Below, piece by piece: positions 1 to 7,883 of a stretch of DNA of 32,000 nt. Positions within the stretch are counted from its first letter, which is position 1. The number at the start of each line of letters is the position of its first letter. This DNA is from an uncultured Chloroflexia bacterium. Lineage in GTDB: Bacteria > Chloroflexota > Anaerolineae > Anaerolineales > Anaerolineaceae. Below the pieces are notes generated by a model, which made no database searches, was not told where the DNA came from, and worked only from the letters and a program-made list of their open reading frames with translations. Both the position numbers and the translations under genes were made by a program. Location: the NCBI GenBank assembly GCA_963704755.1, contig OY969938.1:1020001-1052000 (forward strand), in the 5' to 3' direction.

Positions 1-232
1 GCGTATGAGTCTGCACCACCATCCCTTCCTCGACCGGGGTGGTACAGGCGGTCGGGGTATTGGCGCGTCCCTGGATCTCGACGATACACAACCGGCAACT
101 GCCATGCGAGGGCAAGCCGGGATAATGGCACAGGGTAGGGATTTCGATCCCATTCAGCCGGGCTGCATCCAGTATCGTGAGCCCCGCTTCAACTTCCATT
201 GGCCGGTCGTTGATGGTTATTCGTAAGCTCAT
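1..232 (-). CDS. N-terminal fragment (gene runs off the window) of a NuoG-like [2Fe-2S] subunit, i.e. the catalytic or large subunit of a formate dehydrogenase or hydrogenase-type complex
   Basis: This gene is absent from the ORF track because it has no stop codon in the window. Hand translation of the minus strand from ATG 232-230 gives MSLRITINDRPMEVEAGLTILDAARLNGIEIPTLCHYPGLPSHGSCRLCIVEIQGRANTPTACTTPVEEGMVVQTHT. The Cys spacing C-x10-C-x2-C-x13-C matches the plant-type ferredoxin domain at the N-terminus of NuoG, HydA and FdhA. The ATG overlaps the stop of the upstream gene (ATGA, 229-232). Confidence 0.75.
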   Translation of the reverse strand, partial: MSLRITINDRPMEVEAGLTILDAARLNGIEIPTLCHYPGLPSHGSCRLCIVEIQGRANTPTACTTPVEEGMVVQTHT

Positions 233-2136
233 TCGCCCACCTCGACCAGGCATTCGGCCGGCCCATGGGTCGAAACCGGGAAGCTCAAGATCGCGCCGCG
301 GTTGCAGGCGTTCACACACGACTGGCAGTGCGTGCACAGGCTGGCGTCCAGGCTGAACGGCTGGCGCGGCTCCCCTTGGATCGCCCCGCTCGGGCAGACC
401 GGCAGGCACAGGCCGCAGCCGGTACAGCGCTCAGCGATAATATGGTATTCGTACAGGTCGCCGCACACCCCAGACGGGCAATACTGATCCTGGATGTGAG
501 CCTGGTATTCGGGCAAGAAATTGCGCAGGGTGCTGGTGACCGGGTTCGAGGCCGCCTGGCCCAACCCGCACAGCGCGGTCTTCACCATCGTGGCGGAGGT
601 GCGCTGTAAAATCTCCAGGTCGCCCGGCTCGCCATCCCCACGGGAGATCTTTTCGAGGGTGTCCTGCAGCACGCGGGTGCCTACCCGGCAAGGTGTGCAA
701 TTGCCGCACGATTCACGGGCGGAAAACGAAAGGAAGTAGCGGGCCACATCGACCATGCAGGTGGTCTCGTCCATCACGATCAGCCCGCCCGAGCCCATAA
801 TCGAGCCGTTAGCCTTAAGAAACTCGTAATCGACCGGTGTATCCAGGTGCTCCTCCGCCAGGCAGCCCCCTAGCGGGCCGCCCGTCTGTACAGCCTTGAA
901 AGTCTTGCGCGTGCCGCCGCCGATGTCATAGACGATCTGGCGCAGGCTCATTCCCAGCGGTACCTCGATCAGCCCGGTGCGGCGCACCTTGCCGACCAGC
1001 GAAAAGGTCTTGGTGCCGCTGTTGCCGGCCACGCCGAACTGGTGGAACCACTCGCCGCCGTTACGCAGAATATTAGGCACTGTGCCGAAGGTCTCGGTAT
1101 TGTTGATCAGGGTGGGCTTGCCGCGGAAGCCTTTCACCGCCGGATAGGGCGGGCGTGGACGGGGCATCCCGCGCTGGCCTTCCAACGAGGCGATCAAAGC
1201 GGTCTCCTCGCCGCACACGAAAGCTCCGGCGCCTTCCTTGATCTCGATCTCGAAGTCGAAACCGGAGCCGAGGATATTTTTGCCCAGCAGTCCGTAGGCG
1301 CGCATCTGGGCCACAGCGTTTTTCAGGCGGGTCACCGCCAACGGATACTCGGCCCGCACGTAAATATAACCGTTGGTCGCGCCGATGGCGTAACCGCCGA
1401 TCAAGATCCCTTCCAGCACCGCATGCGGGTCGCTCTCGATCAAAGCCCGGTTCATGAACGCGCCCGGGTCGCCTTCGTCGGCGTTGCAAATCACGTATTT
1501 CGGCGATCCGCCGGACTTGCGACAGGCTTCCCACTTGCGATACGTCGGAAAGCCTGCTCCGCCGCGCCCACGCAGCTCGGATCCTTTCAAAACATCGATC
1601 ACCGCTTCGGGTGTCATCTCCAACGCTTTGGCAAAGCCCAGGTAACCGTCTTGAGCCAGATAATGGTCGATTTCTTCCGGGTCGATCAGGCCGCAGTTGC
1701 GCAGGATCACCCGCACCTGGGGTTTGAGCATGGGCTGGTCGAAAAAGCGCTGGATGCCGCTTTCGGCAGTGAAAGCCTCATCGCCGAAATGGCCGGCCGC
1801 TTGTTTGGGCAGCAAATCGCCCTCCACCAGGTTGGCCAGCACGATCTTGCGCGCTTTTTCAGGGGTCACTCTGGCATAACTGACCCTGGGTTTGCCCGGC
1901 CGGGCAACGTCCAGGAGCGGCTCGAGGTAACACGGACCAATACAGCCCACCGTGACGACGCGGGCCTGTAAATTATTTTCCGCCAGGGTCTCCTGGACCG
2001 CCTGCAGCACTTCCTGCGCGCCGGCAGCCAGTCCACACGAGGCCGCCCCCAGGTAGATCACCGGCAGGTCACCTTCAACAAGGTCCGCCCAGCGAGATTT
2101 GGCTTGTGAGCGCAGCGTCTCAAACGTCGCGTTCAT
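229..2136 (-). CDS. nuoF: NuoF-family NAD(P)H-binding flavoprotein subunit (HydB/HndC/FdhB-like). It has a thioredoxin-like N-domain, a 51-kDa FMN core and a C-terminal 2x[4Fe-4S] ferredoxin.
   Basis: The 635-aa ORF carries the motifs LRGRGGAGFPT (FMN), GEETALIASLEG (NADH) and ESCGNCTPCR (N3 cluster). The C-terminus has CTGCGLCLPVCP and CTHCQSCVNAC. The N-terminus has a GCIGPC thioredoxin-like cluster motif. Confidence 0.9.
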   Translation of the reverse strand: MNATFETLRSQAKSRWADLVEGDLPVIYLGAASCGLAAGAQEVLQAVQETLAENNLQARVVTVGCIGPCYLEPLLDVARPGKPRVSYARVTPEKARKIVLANLVEGDLLPKQAAGHFGDEAFTAESGIQRFFDQPMLKPQVRVILRNCGLIDPEEIDHYLAQDGYLGFAKALEMTPEAVIDVLKGSELRGRGGAGFPTYRKWEACRKSGGSPKYVICNADEGDPGAFMNRALIESDPHAVLEGILIGGYAIGATNGYIYVRAEYPLAVTRLKNAVAQMRAYGLLGKNILGSGFDFEIEIKEGAGAFVCGEETALIASLEGQRGMPRPRPPYPAVKGFRGKPTLINNTETFGTVPNILRNGGEWFHQFGVAGNSGTKTFSLVGKVRRTGLIEVPLGMSLRQIVYDIGGGTRKTFKAVQTGGPLGGCLAEEHLDTPVDYEFLKANGSIMGSGGLIVMDETTCMVDVARYFLSFSARESCGNCTPCRVGTRVLQDTLEKISRGDGEPGDLEILQRTSATMVKTALCGLGQAASNPVTSTLRNFLPEYQAHIQDQYCPSGVCGDLYEYHIIAERCTGCGLCLPVCPSGAIQGEPRQPFSLDASLCTHCQSCVNACNRGAILSFPVSTHGPAECLVEVGE

Positions 2137-2596
2137 TATTCAATACCTCATCCAGCCTGGCCGGGGTCATTTTGGCGTAAATTTTGCCGTTATATTCCAC
2201 CACCGCCGCCTGAGCGCAGCAGCCCAGGCAAGCGACCTCTTCGTATTCATACTCGTTATCCGGGGTAGTCTCGCCGGGACGAACACCGAGCTTCTTGCGG
2301 ACTTCTCGCGAAATCTGCGCGCCTCCCTGAACATGGCAGGCCGTTCCCTGGCAAACCCGGATGGTGTTCCGGCCGGGTTTGGTCAGGCGGAACTGCGAAT
2401 AAAACGATACGACTCCAAATACCTGGCTCTCGGATAAATTAAGAAAATTTGCGACCTGCTGAACACATTCTTCTGAGATATACCCAAATTTGTGCTGGTA
2501 ATATTGGAGCAGCCGGATCAATTCTTCAGGATGACCACTAAACCCGGCCTGGTGCAGCTCTGCTTGAACATCTTCTCTAAGCTCGATTTCAACCAT
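2120..2596 (-). CDS. nuoE: NuoE-family 24-kDa [2Fe-2S] subunit (HydC/HndA-like)
   Basis: The 158-aa ORF has the Cys motifs VCQGTACHV and ACLGCCAQA, typical of the thioredoxin-like [2Fe-2S] ferredoxin fold. It overlaps the next gene by 17 nt and has an AAGGGTGA Shine-Dalgarno sequence upstream. Confidence 0.85.
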   Translation of the reverse strand: MVEIELREDVQAELHQAGFSGHPEELIRLLQYYQHKFGYISEECVQQVANFLNLSESQVFGVVSFYSQFRLTKPGRNTIRVCQGTACHVQGGAQISREVRKKLGVRPGETTPDNEYEYEEVACLGCCAQAAVVEYNGKIYAKMTPARLDEVLNNERDV

Positions 2597-3141
2597 TCGT
2601 CACCCTTTAATGTAGCATCCTCAACGTTGGTTTCGCGTGGATTTTTTCTGGTCTTGAAAAGGGAAACTTTATTTTTCGCTGATGTATTTGGCAAGAAAAG
2701 GACGCTTCCTTCTGCTCAATAAACGGTCGTATCTTCAAGGGAACTCAGGAGATCGGCCAGGCCTGAAAACAAATATCCATTTCAAGGCAGCTTATCGAAA
2801 TCGTTCACCCTTACGTATGAACTCCGCGGGTTTACAGCCCATCCGGCGGGGCTTTCGCGATGCATATAAAAATTATGGGCAGACGGGAAGAACCAAGAAA
2901 AATGACGCAATCTGATTGGTATGGGACAGCTTCGTAAAGAGGAATCACGACAATACTTATCCCAATTTCAACTTTTTACGAAATTTATTATATACATAAA
3001 ACTAGCTTTTTGATCGAATTCAAGGAACGAACGTGATTAATGTCACCCAAGGATCAGTCGATCTACTTTCCCCACTGCAAGGCAGAAAATTGTTAACCGG
3101 TCTGTTTTCGCAGCCTAAGCGTTCCCGGCAAACCACCGGAA

Positions 3142-3825
3142 TTATGGTTTTTCCACTTTTATCTTTTCGGTAATTTCTGGCCCAAAAACCGTCTCTTGAT
3201 TGGTCTCGGTCAGGCGCACCTGCATGGTACGGTCGAAAGATACCCGGTTCAGCACTTCGAGCCTGGCGCCCGGGTGGATACTCAGGTTTTTCAGGTAGGT
3301 CAGCAGGCTGGAGTCGCTCAATTCGATCTGGCGGATGATCACCAGGTTGCCAATGGGGATGGCGGCCAGGGAAACCGTGTTTGGAACCGGCATGTTCAAT
3401 TCATGATCCGGAATCGGGTCGCCATGCGGATCGTAGGATGGGTTTCCCAGTAATTCGGCCAGGCGGTCGATGAACTTTTCTGATGCGCCGTGCTCTAACT
3501 GCTCTGCTTCAGCGTGGACCTCATCCCAGGCATACCCCAACTTCTCCACCAAAAATAATTCAATCAAGCGATGCCGCCGGATCACCCGCAGCGCTTCCGT
3601 ATTTCCGGCCGGCGTCAAAAATACCCCCTGGTATTTATGATAGACCACCAGAGGCGGCTCCAACCTGGCCAGGCGCTGCACCATCACCGTGACCGAGGCA
3701 GCGCTGATCCCAATCTGGTCGGCGATCAGATTGGTCGTGGCTGCCTCGTGATTGGCGGTGAGGCGGTAAATGGCTTTCAAATAGTCCTGAATCGAATTGC
3801 TCAGGTCGGCTTTCGTTCGGGGCAT
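3142..3825 (-). CDS. DtxR/SirR/TroR-family metal-dependent transcriptional regulator with a C-terminal FeoA/SH3-like domain, probably Mn-responsive
   Basis: The 227-aa ORF has an N-terminal winged HTH (YLKAIYRL...IADQIGISAASVTVMVQRL), a dimerisation/metal-binding helix (RRHRLIELFL...H.EAEQLEH) and an SH3-like tail. It is the last gene of the operon that begins with mntH. Confidence 0.85.
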   Translation of the reverse strand: MPRTKADLSNSIQDYLKAIYRLTANHEAATTNLIADQIGISAASVTVMVQRLARLEPPLVVYHKYQGVFLTPAGNTEALRVIRRHRLIELFLVEKLGYAWDEVHAEAEQLEHGASEKFIDRLAELLGNPSYDPHGDPIPDHELNMPVPNTVSLAAIPIGNLVIIRQIELSDSSLLTYLKNLSIHPGARLEVLNRVSFDRTMQVRLTETNQETVFGPEITEKIKVEKP

Positions 3826-3861
3826 CGCTATTCCTATACCGCTACTTATAATGGAACAGGT

Positions 3862-4776
3862 CTACTCTTCTTTAAGGCTGGCACAGGTGGGTACCAACAG
3901 TAAGGGCAGATCGGTCAGGCCGGGCACCCGCGGGGCAACGCTGCCGGCCCAAAAAGCATCCATGCCGCGTTTGCCATGGGTCGTCATCACGATCATATTG
4001 ACGTCCTCTTCCTCACCCGTTTTACCGATCAACTCGGCCGGGTCGCCGCGCCGGACAAGTTTGGCCACCTTAACGCCCTTGTCCTGCCATTCCCTGGCCC
4101 GCTCGTCCAACATGCGAATGACCTCTTCTTCTTCGATATCCAACAAAGCCACCGTGGTGGCCGGTTGGAACTTGCTCACGGCAGCCTCCTGGCCCTTCAG
4201 GCTGCCCAACTTGGGGACTACGTTTAGCAGCACCAGGCTGGCCCCCGACCGTTCCGCGATATCGCCGGCCAAGATGGACCCGCAAGTGTGTTCGGGGTCA
4301 CCGTCCAGGGCCACCAGCAGTTTATCGACGTTGGCAAAGAGGGCATTTTGGTCACGCTGCGGATGCACCAGCAGCACCGGCGTCTTTCCCAGACCGATCA
4401 CCTGCTGGGCAATCGTGCCCACCATCCACTGGCGCAGGCCGCTGCGCCCATGCGAACACATCACGATCAGGTCCTGGTCCAATTCTCCGGCATGCGAAGC
4501 CAGACTGCGGGCCACATCGCTCACCTCTTCGCGGTGGACGTGATACTCGACCCGGGTGCCTTCCGGGAAGCGCCGGGCAATCGCCTGTAGATAAGCCATG
4601 GCATCGGCTTCGTTGGTCAGGTGGCGCTCGCCATGAACAGTCGCCGGCGCATTATGTTCGATCACGTGCAGCAAGGTCACCCCGGCCGAATAGAGCCGGC
4701 TGAACCAGATCGCGCCGGGCAGTGCCGCTTCTGCCAGGGATGATCCATCCAATGGGACGAGAATGTTATTGATCAT
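3862..4776 (-). CDS. Tandem-domain universal stress protein (UspA family)
   Basis: The 304-aa ORF contains two USP repeats. Each starts with ILVPLDGS or LLVALDGD and ends with a G-x2-G-x9-GS-like motif (SHGRSGLRQWMVGTIAQQV and THGKRGMDAFWAGSVAPRV). Confidence 0.85.
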   Translation of the reverse strand: MINNILVPLDGSSLAEAALPGAIWFSRLYSAGVTLLHVIEHNAPATVHGERHLTNEADAMAYLQAIARRFPEGTRVEYHVHREEVSDVARSLASHAGELDQDLIVMCSHGRSGLRQWMVGTIAQQVIGLGKTPVLLVHPQRDQNALFANVDKLLVALDGDPEHTCGSILAGDIAERSGASLVLLNVVPKLGSLKGQEAAVSKFQPATTVALLDIEEEEVIRMLDERAREWQDKGVKVAKLVRRGDPAELIGKTGEEEDVNMIVMTTHGKRGMDAFWAGSVAPRVPGLTDLPLLLVPTCASLKEE

Positions 4777-4778
4777 GA

Positions 4779-6158
4779 TTACCCTCCGATGAAAACCAAT
4801 TGATACAACAAGAAGAGATTCAACGCGACGATCAGCGCAGATACTACGCTGGCGGCAATGGTGGTCAGCTTGTGGTTCACCAAAGAACCCATAATTTCTT
4901 TTCGAGAAGTATATACTACCAGCGGAATGATTGCGAACGGCAGTCCAAAACTGAGGATCACCTGGCTGAGGACCAGCGTGCGGGTCGGGTCAAGCCTCAT
5001 GGCAATGACGATAAAGGAAGGCAGCATGGTCATCAGCCGGCGGATCCACATCGGGATGTGGCGATGCAGGAAACCCTGCATGATAATCTGGCCGGCCATC
5101 GTGCCCACGGTCGAAGAGGAATGGCCCGAAGCGACCAGTGAGATGCCAAATACCAGGCTGGCTGCGCCGCCCAATAAAGGCGTCAGCGTGCGGTAAGCCT
5201 CTTCGATCGTTCCCACGTTAGTCAGGTTGTTCGTATGAAAAGTCGAGGCCGCCATGACCAGCATGGCTGCATTGACCAGGCCGGCAATGCTCATGGCGAT
5301 AATCACATCGACCAATTCGAAGTGAAACAGCCGGCGTAATTTCTTGGGGTCGTGGGTGACGATGCGCCGCTGAGTAAGACCCGAATGCAAGAAAATCGCG
5401 TGAGGCATTACCGTCGCCCCTAGAATGCCGGCTGCCAGCAGTATGCTCTCGGTGCCGCTAAAAGACGGTACCACGGCATGATAAGCCAGCGAACCCCAAT
5501 CCGGTTTGTCCAGAATAGTTTCGATGATGTACGAGACCGCGATCACCCCAATCAGGGCAGTGATCAGTGCTTCCAGCGGGCGGAAACCGCCATGCTCCAG
5601 CAGCAGAACGACCAGGGTCAAGAACCCCATCAAAACCGCCGGGATCAACAATTCCGGAATCCCAATCGTTGCTCCCAGATTATTAAACAAGTTGGGGAAC
5701 AGCAGGTAGATGCCCAGTGCAGCTCCCAAAAATTCGGCCAGATCGGTAGCCATGGCCACCAGCTCCATGACGATCCACATAGTAAATCCGGCCCAATACG
5801 GATAGTGGTCGCGCATGGTCTCGGCCAGGTTCTTGCCGGTCGCAATCCCCAATTTAGCCGCCAGCGACTGGATCAGCATGGCCATGATATTGCTGGCGAA
5901 CACCACCCACAAAAGCATATAGCCATATTGAGCGCCGGCCTGGATATTGGTGGCATAATTACCCGGGTCCACGTAAGCAACCGAGGCAATAAAAGCCGGT
6001 CCCATAAAGGGCAGCAGGCGCAAGAAAATGTTTTTCTTACTGGTGCCTTCCAAAACTTCCTGGGCCGCATTGACGGTGCCCACATCCGCCGAGCCAATTT
6101 CAGCTTCGACCGGTTCCTCTTCGCCCATTGCGGCTTCGGGCTTGATTGATCCTTCCAT
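4779..6158 (-). CDS. mntH: NRAMP-family divalent metal (Mn2+/Fe2+) proton symporter
   Basis: The 459-aa polytopic membrane protein has the Nramp signature VAYVDPGNYATNIQAG. A GAGGTG Shine-Dalgarno sequence lies 5 nt upstream of the ATG at 6158. Confidence 0.92.
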   Translation of the reverse strand: MEGSIKPEAAMGEEEPVEAEIGSADVGTVNAAQEVLEGTSKKNIFLRLLPFMGPAFIASVAYVDPGNYATNIQAGAQYGYMLLWVVFASNIMAMLIQSLAAKLGIATGKNLAETMRDHYPYWAGFTMWIVMELVAMATDLAEFLGAALGIYLLFPNLFNNLGATIGIPELLIPAVLMGFLTLVVLLLEHGGFRPLEALITALIGVIAVSYIIETILDKPDWGSLAYHAVVPSFSGTESILLAAGILGATVMPHAIFLHSGLTQRRIVTHDPKKLRRLFHFELVDVIIAMSIAGLVNAAMLVMAASTFHTNNLTNVGTIEEAYRTLTPLLGGAASLVFGISLVASGHSSSTVGTMAGQIIMQGFLHRHIPMWIRRLMTMLPSFIVIAMRLDPTRTLVLSQVILSFGLPFAIIPLVVYTSRKEIMGSLVNHKLTTIAASVVSALIVALNLFLLYQLVFIGG

Positions 6159-6235
6159 AAATCACCTCTTATGAATGCCTCGCGAGGGTGTCCCTCGCAA
6201 TAAATCGGTTTGCGATTGACAATTTTCGATAAACG

Positions 6236-6274
6236 AAATAGCCTCAGCTAATATTTATTTTAGATTTGTCTAAA
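6236..6274 (-). promoter_or_regulatory. Candidate metalloregulator operators in the mntH leader: a DtxR/IdeR-like box plus a TTTAGA-n4-TCTAAA palindrome
   Basis: The minus strand at 6256-6236 reads ATATTAGCTGAGGCTATTT. Its core TTAGCTGAGGCTA matches 11 of 13 positions of the IdeR/DtxR consensus core TTAGGTTAGGCTA. Positions 6259-6274 form a 6+4+6 palindrome. Both lie just downstream of the predicted -10 element. The assignment is by eye only. Confidence 0.35.
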
Positions 6275-6284
6275 TTTATGCTTA

Positions 6285-6313
6285 ACTATAACAAACAGCG
6301 CATTAAATGTCAA
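6285..6313 (-). promoter_or_regulatory. Sigma70-type promoter of the mntH operon
   Basis: The minus strand reads TTGACA (6313-6308), a 17-nt spacer, then TATAGT (6290-6285). This is about 125 nt upstream of the mntH ATG. Confidence 0.55.
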
Positions 6314-6355
6314 TATTTTTTGAGAGTGACTTTTCCTTCGCACTTTAAAAATCAA

Positions 6356-6409
6356 GGCAGTATGTTCTTTTTGGTGCGGGAAATCCTACACCAAAAAGAA
6401 CATACTGCC
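6356..6409. repeat. Perfect inverted repeat with a 21-bp stem and 12-nt loop
   Basis: GGCAGTATGTTCTTTTTGGTG (6356-6376) and CACCAAAAAGAACATACTGCC (6389-6409) are exact reverse complements. The repeat lies between the divergent mntH and cspA promoters. On the minus strand the stem is followed by TTGATTTTTAAAG. Confidence 0.9.
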
Positions 6410-6443
6410 GATTAAGACTAAATTTACCCACATAAAGTGGTGC

Positions 6444-6472
6444 TTGACTTATCGGGTACAATATAGTATTAT
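6444..6472 (+). promoter_or_regulatory. Sigma70-type promoter of cspA
   Basis: TTGACT (6444-6449), a 17-nt spacer, then TATTAT (6467-6472). This predicts a 5' UTR of about 145 nt, which is typical of cold-shock genes. Confidence 0.5.
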
Positions 6473-6515
6473 TTTCATGCAGGATACCAGTAGTTTACGT
6501 TGGAAGTGACGAGCA

Positions 6516-6543
6516 ACTCATGGTTATATCCATGGGTTTTTTT
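6516..6543 (+). promoter_or_regulatory. Terminator-like hairpin plus U-tract inside the cspA 5' leader, a possible attenuator or thermosensor element
   Basis: ACUCAUGG (6516-6523) pairs with CCAUGGGU (6530-6537) to give 8 bp including one G-U pair. A T7 run follows at 6537-6543, about 80 nt upstream of the start codon. Confidence 0.4.
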
Positions 6544-6625
6544 GTTCTACCCGTTCCGATGAAACAAACCGAGTTCCTGACAAATCCTTTTTCTTTTTTT
6601 ACTTGCCACAAGGAGGCAAATCACA

Positions 6626-6838
6626 ATGTCTGAACGTATCATCGGTACGGTCAAATGGTTCAATGGCAGCAAGGGTTATGGTTTCATTGCTCGCGATGGT
6701 GGAGACGACGTCTTCGTTCATTTTTCCGCCATTCAGAGCGATGGGTATCGCACTCTTGAAGAAGGCCAAAAAGTTGAGTTCACGGTAGAAAAAGGCGCCA
6801 AGGGCCCCCAGGCCAGCAACGTCACCGTGGTCAGCTAA
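6626..6838 (+). CDS. cspA: Cold-shock protein (CspA family, single CSD)
   Basis: The 70-aa ORF reads [36 protein letters not shown] and contains the RNP1 (KGYGFI) and RNP2 (VFVHF) motifs. An AAGGAGG Shine-Dalgarno sequence lies 8 nt upstream. Confidence 0.97.
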   Translation: MSERIIGTVKWFNGSKGYGFIARDGGDDVFVHFSAIQSDGYRTLEEGQKVEFTVEKGAKGPQASNVTVVS

Positions 6839-6853
6839 TTTAGCCGCTGAACC

Positions 6854-6895
6854 AAAAATCACCCCCCGGTCAAGACCGGGGGGTGATTTTTTTTT
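6854..6895. terminator. Bidirectional rho-independent terminator shared by cspA (+) and the opp-like operon (-)
   Basis: ATCACCCCCCGGTC (6858-6871) and GACCGGGGGGTGAT (6874-6887) form a perfect 14-bp GC-rich stem. A T9 run follows on the plus side and an A5 run precedes it, which reads as a T-run on the minus strand. Confidence 0.9.
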
Positions 6896-6986
6896 CGGCC
6901 GCTTCCACCCTGGTGAAACTTCCATTCTGAGTACCTACTCAGGCTGGTACGGAAATTTTGCGGTAACAGAGTAGTTGCCTTTTAGA

Positions 6987-7883
6987 TTATTCGATTGCAA
7001 CGTAATGATCAGGTTCCACCGCGACCAATCCACTGTAACTTTCGTCCTGACTCTGCGTTCCGGCCGGAACGACCGTTTCGGTCTTGTATTCCTTGCCGGG
7101 TTCTTCCCACTTCTTATCCAGCCGGGGAATTGAAGCCATCAGCATACGCGTGTAGCTATGCTGCGGGTTGTTGTAGATCTTTTCGGTCAAACCCATTTCC
7201 ACTACCTGCCCCCGGTAGAGGATAACGGCCCGTTCACTGATGTAATAGCCCAGCGACAGGTCATGGGTGATGAATAAAATGGATAACCCCTGCGATTTTA
7301 GGTCGGCCAGCAGGTTGAGTACGTCGATCCGCGTGGAAGCGTCCAACATGCTGATAATCTCATCCGCTACCAGGAAGCGAGTGTTCAACAAAAGCGCCCG
7401 GGCGATCAGGAAACGCTGGAGCTGGCCGCCGCTCAACTGGTGCGGGAATTTGTCGAGCACTTGCTCGGGGTTCAAGCCCACTCCCTTGAGCGAAGCCTCC
7501 ACCCGGCCGGTCCATTCCGACCCGGCAATGTGTGGGAAGAACTCATCGTGAATGATCTTAAACACCCGGTCCGCTTTGAAGATTGGATTATACGAGCTGA
7601 ACGGGTCTTGAAACACGCCCTGGACGGTACGGTAATATTCTTTTAATTTCGGGCCTTTTAAAGTGGTGATGTCCACGTCATCATGCAGGATTTTGCCCGA
7701 GCTGATCGAGATCAAGCGCAGGATCATCTTGCCGATCGTACTCTTACCGCTGCCGCTTTCGCCGATCAGCGAAACCACTTCGCCGTCTCGCAGGTCGAAA
7801 CTGACGTTATTGACCGCGCGCAGTTCTTTGCCGCCAAAGGCTCCAATCCGATAAATCTTTGAAATATTATCAAGCTTAAGCAT
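6987..7883 (-). CDS. Opp/Dpp-type ABC transporter ATP-binding protein (OppF/DppF-like)
   Basis: Motifs are Walker A GESGSGKST, signature LSGGQLQR and Walker B FLVADEIISMLD. I prefer the start MLKLDNISKIY at 7883, which gives an 8-nt ATGCTTAA overlap with the upstream stop. The ORF-track start at 7970 would add 29 aa that overlap the preceding gene. Confidence 0.88.
   Translation of the reverse strand: MLKLDNISKIYRIGAFGGKELRAVNNVSFDLRDGEVVSLIGESGSGKSTIGKMILRLISISSGKILHDDVDITTLKGPKLKEYYRTVQGVFQDPFSSYNPIFKADRVFKIIHDEFFPHIAGSEWTGRVEASLKGVGLNPEQVLDKFPHQLSGGQLQRFLIARALLLNTRFLVADEIISMLDASTRIDVLNLLADLKSQGLSILFITHDLSLGYYISERAVILYRGQVVEMGLTEKIYNNPQHSYTRMLMASIPRLDKKWEEPGKEYKTETVVPAGTQSQDESYSGLVAVEPDHYVAIE

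Noticed and set aside
5-226. 73-aa plus-strand ORF at the left edge.
   Set aside because: It is antisense to the hand-translated NuoG-like N-terminus, which has a textbook Cys pattern and start/stop coupling to the nuoF-like gene.
1042-1971. Long antisense ORFs inside real genes. Examples are 1042-1971 (+) 309 aa, 15418-16035 (-) 205 aa, 17384-18001 (+) 205 aa, 27490-28323 (-) 277 aa, 5478-6149 (+) 223 aa and 3797-4543 (+) 248 aa.
   Set aside because: They lie entirely opposite ORFs that have clear family motifs. They are rich in Arg/Gly/Pro/His, as expected for shadow frames in GC-rich DNA. They also lack Shine-Dalgarno sequences and recognisable motifs.
6159-6284. Possible Mn-sensing (yybP-ykoY) riboswitch in the mntH leader.
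   Set aside because: The leader is short and AT-rich. Its only stem is a 7-bp GCGAGGG/CCCTCGC pairing near the Shine-Dalgarno sequence, with no four-way-junction-like architecture or conserved motifs that I can recognise. Protein-based (DtxR-type) control fits better.
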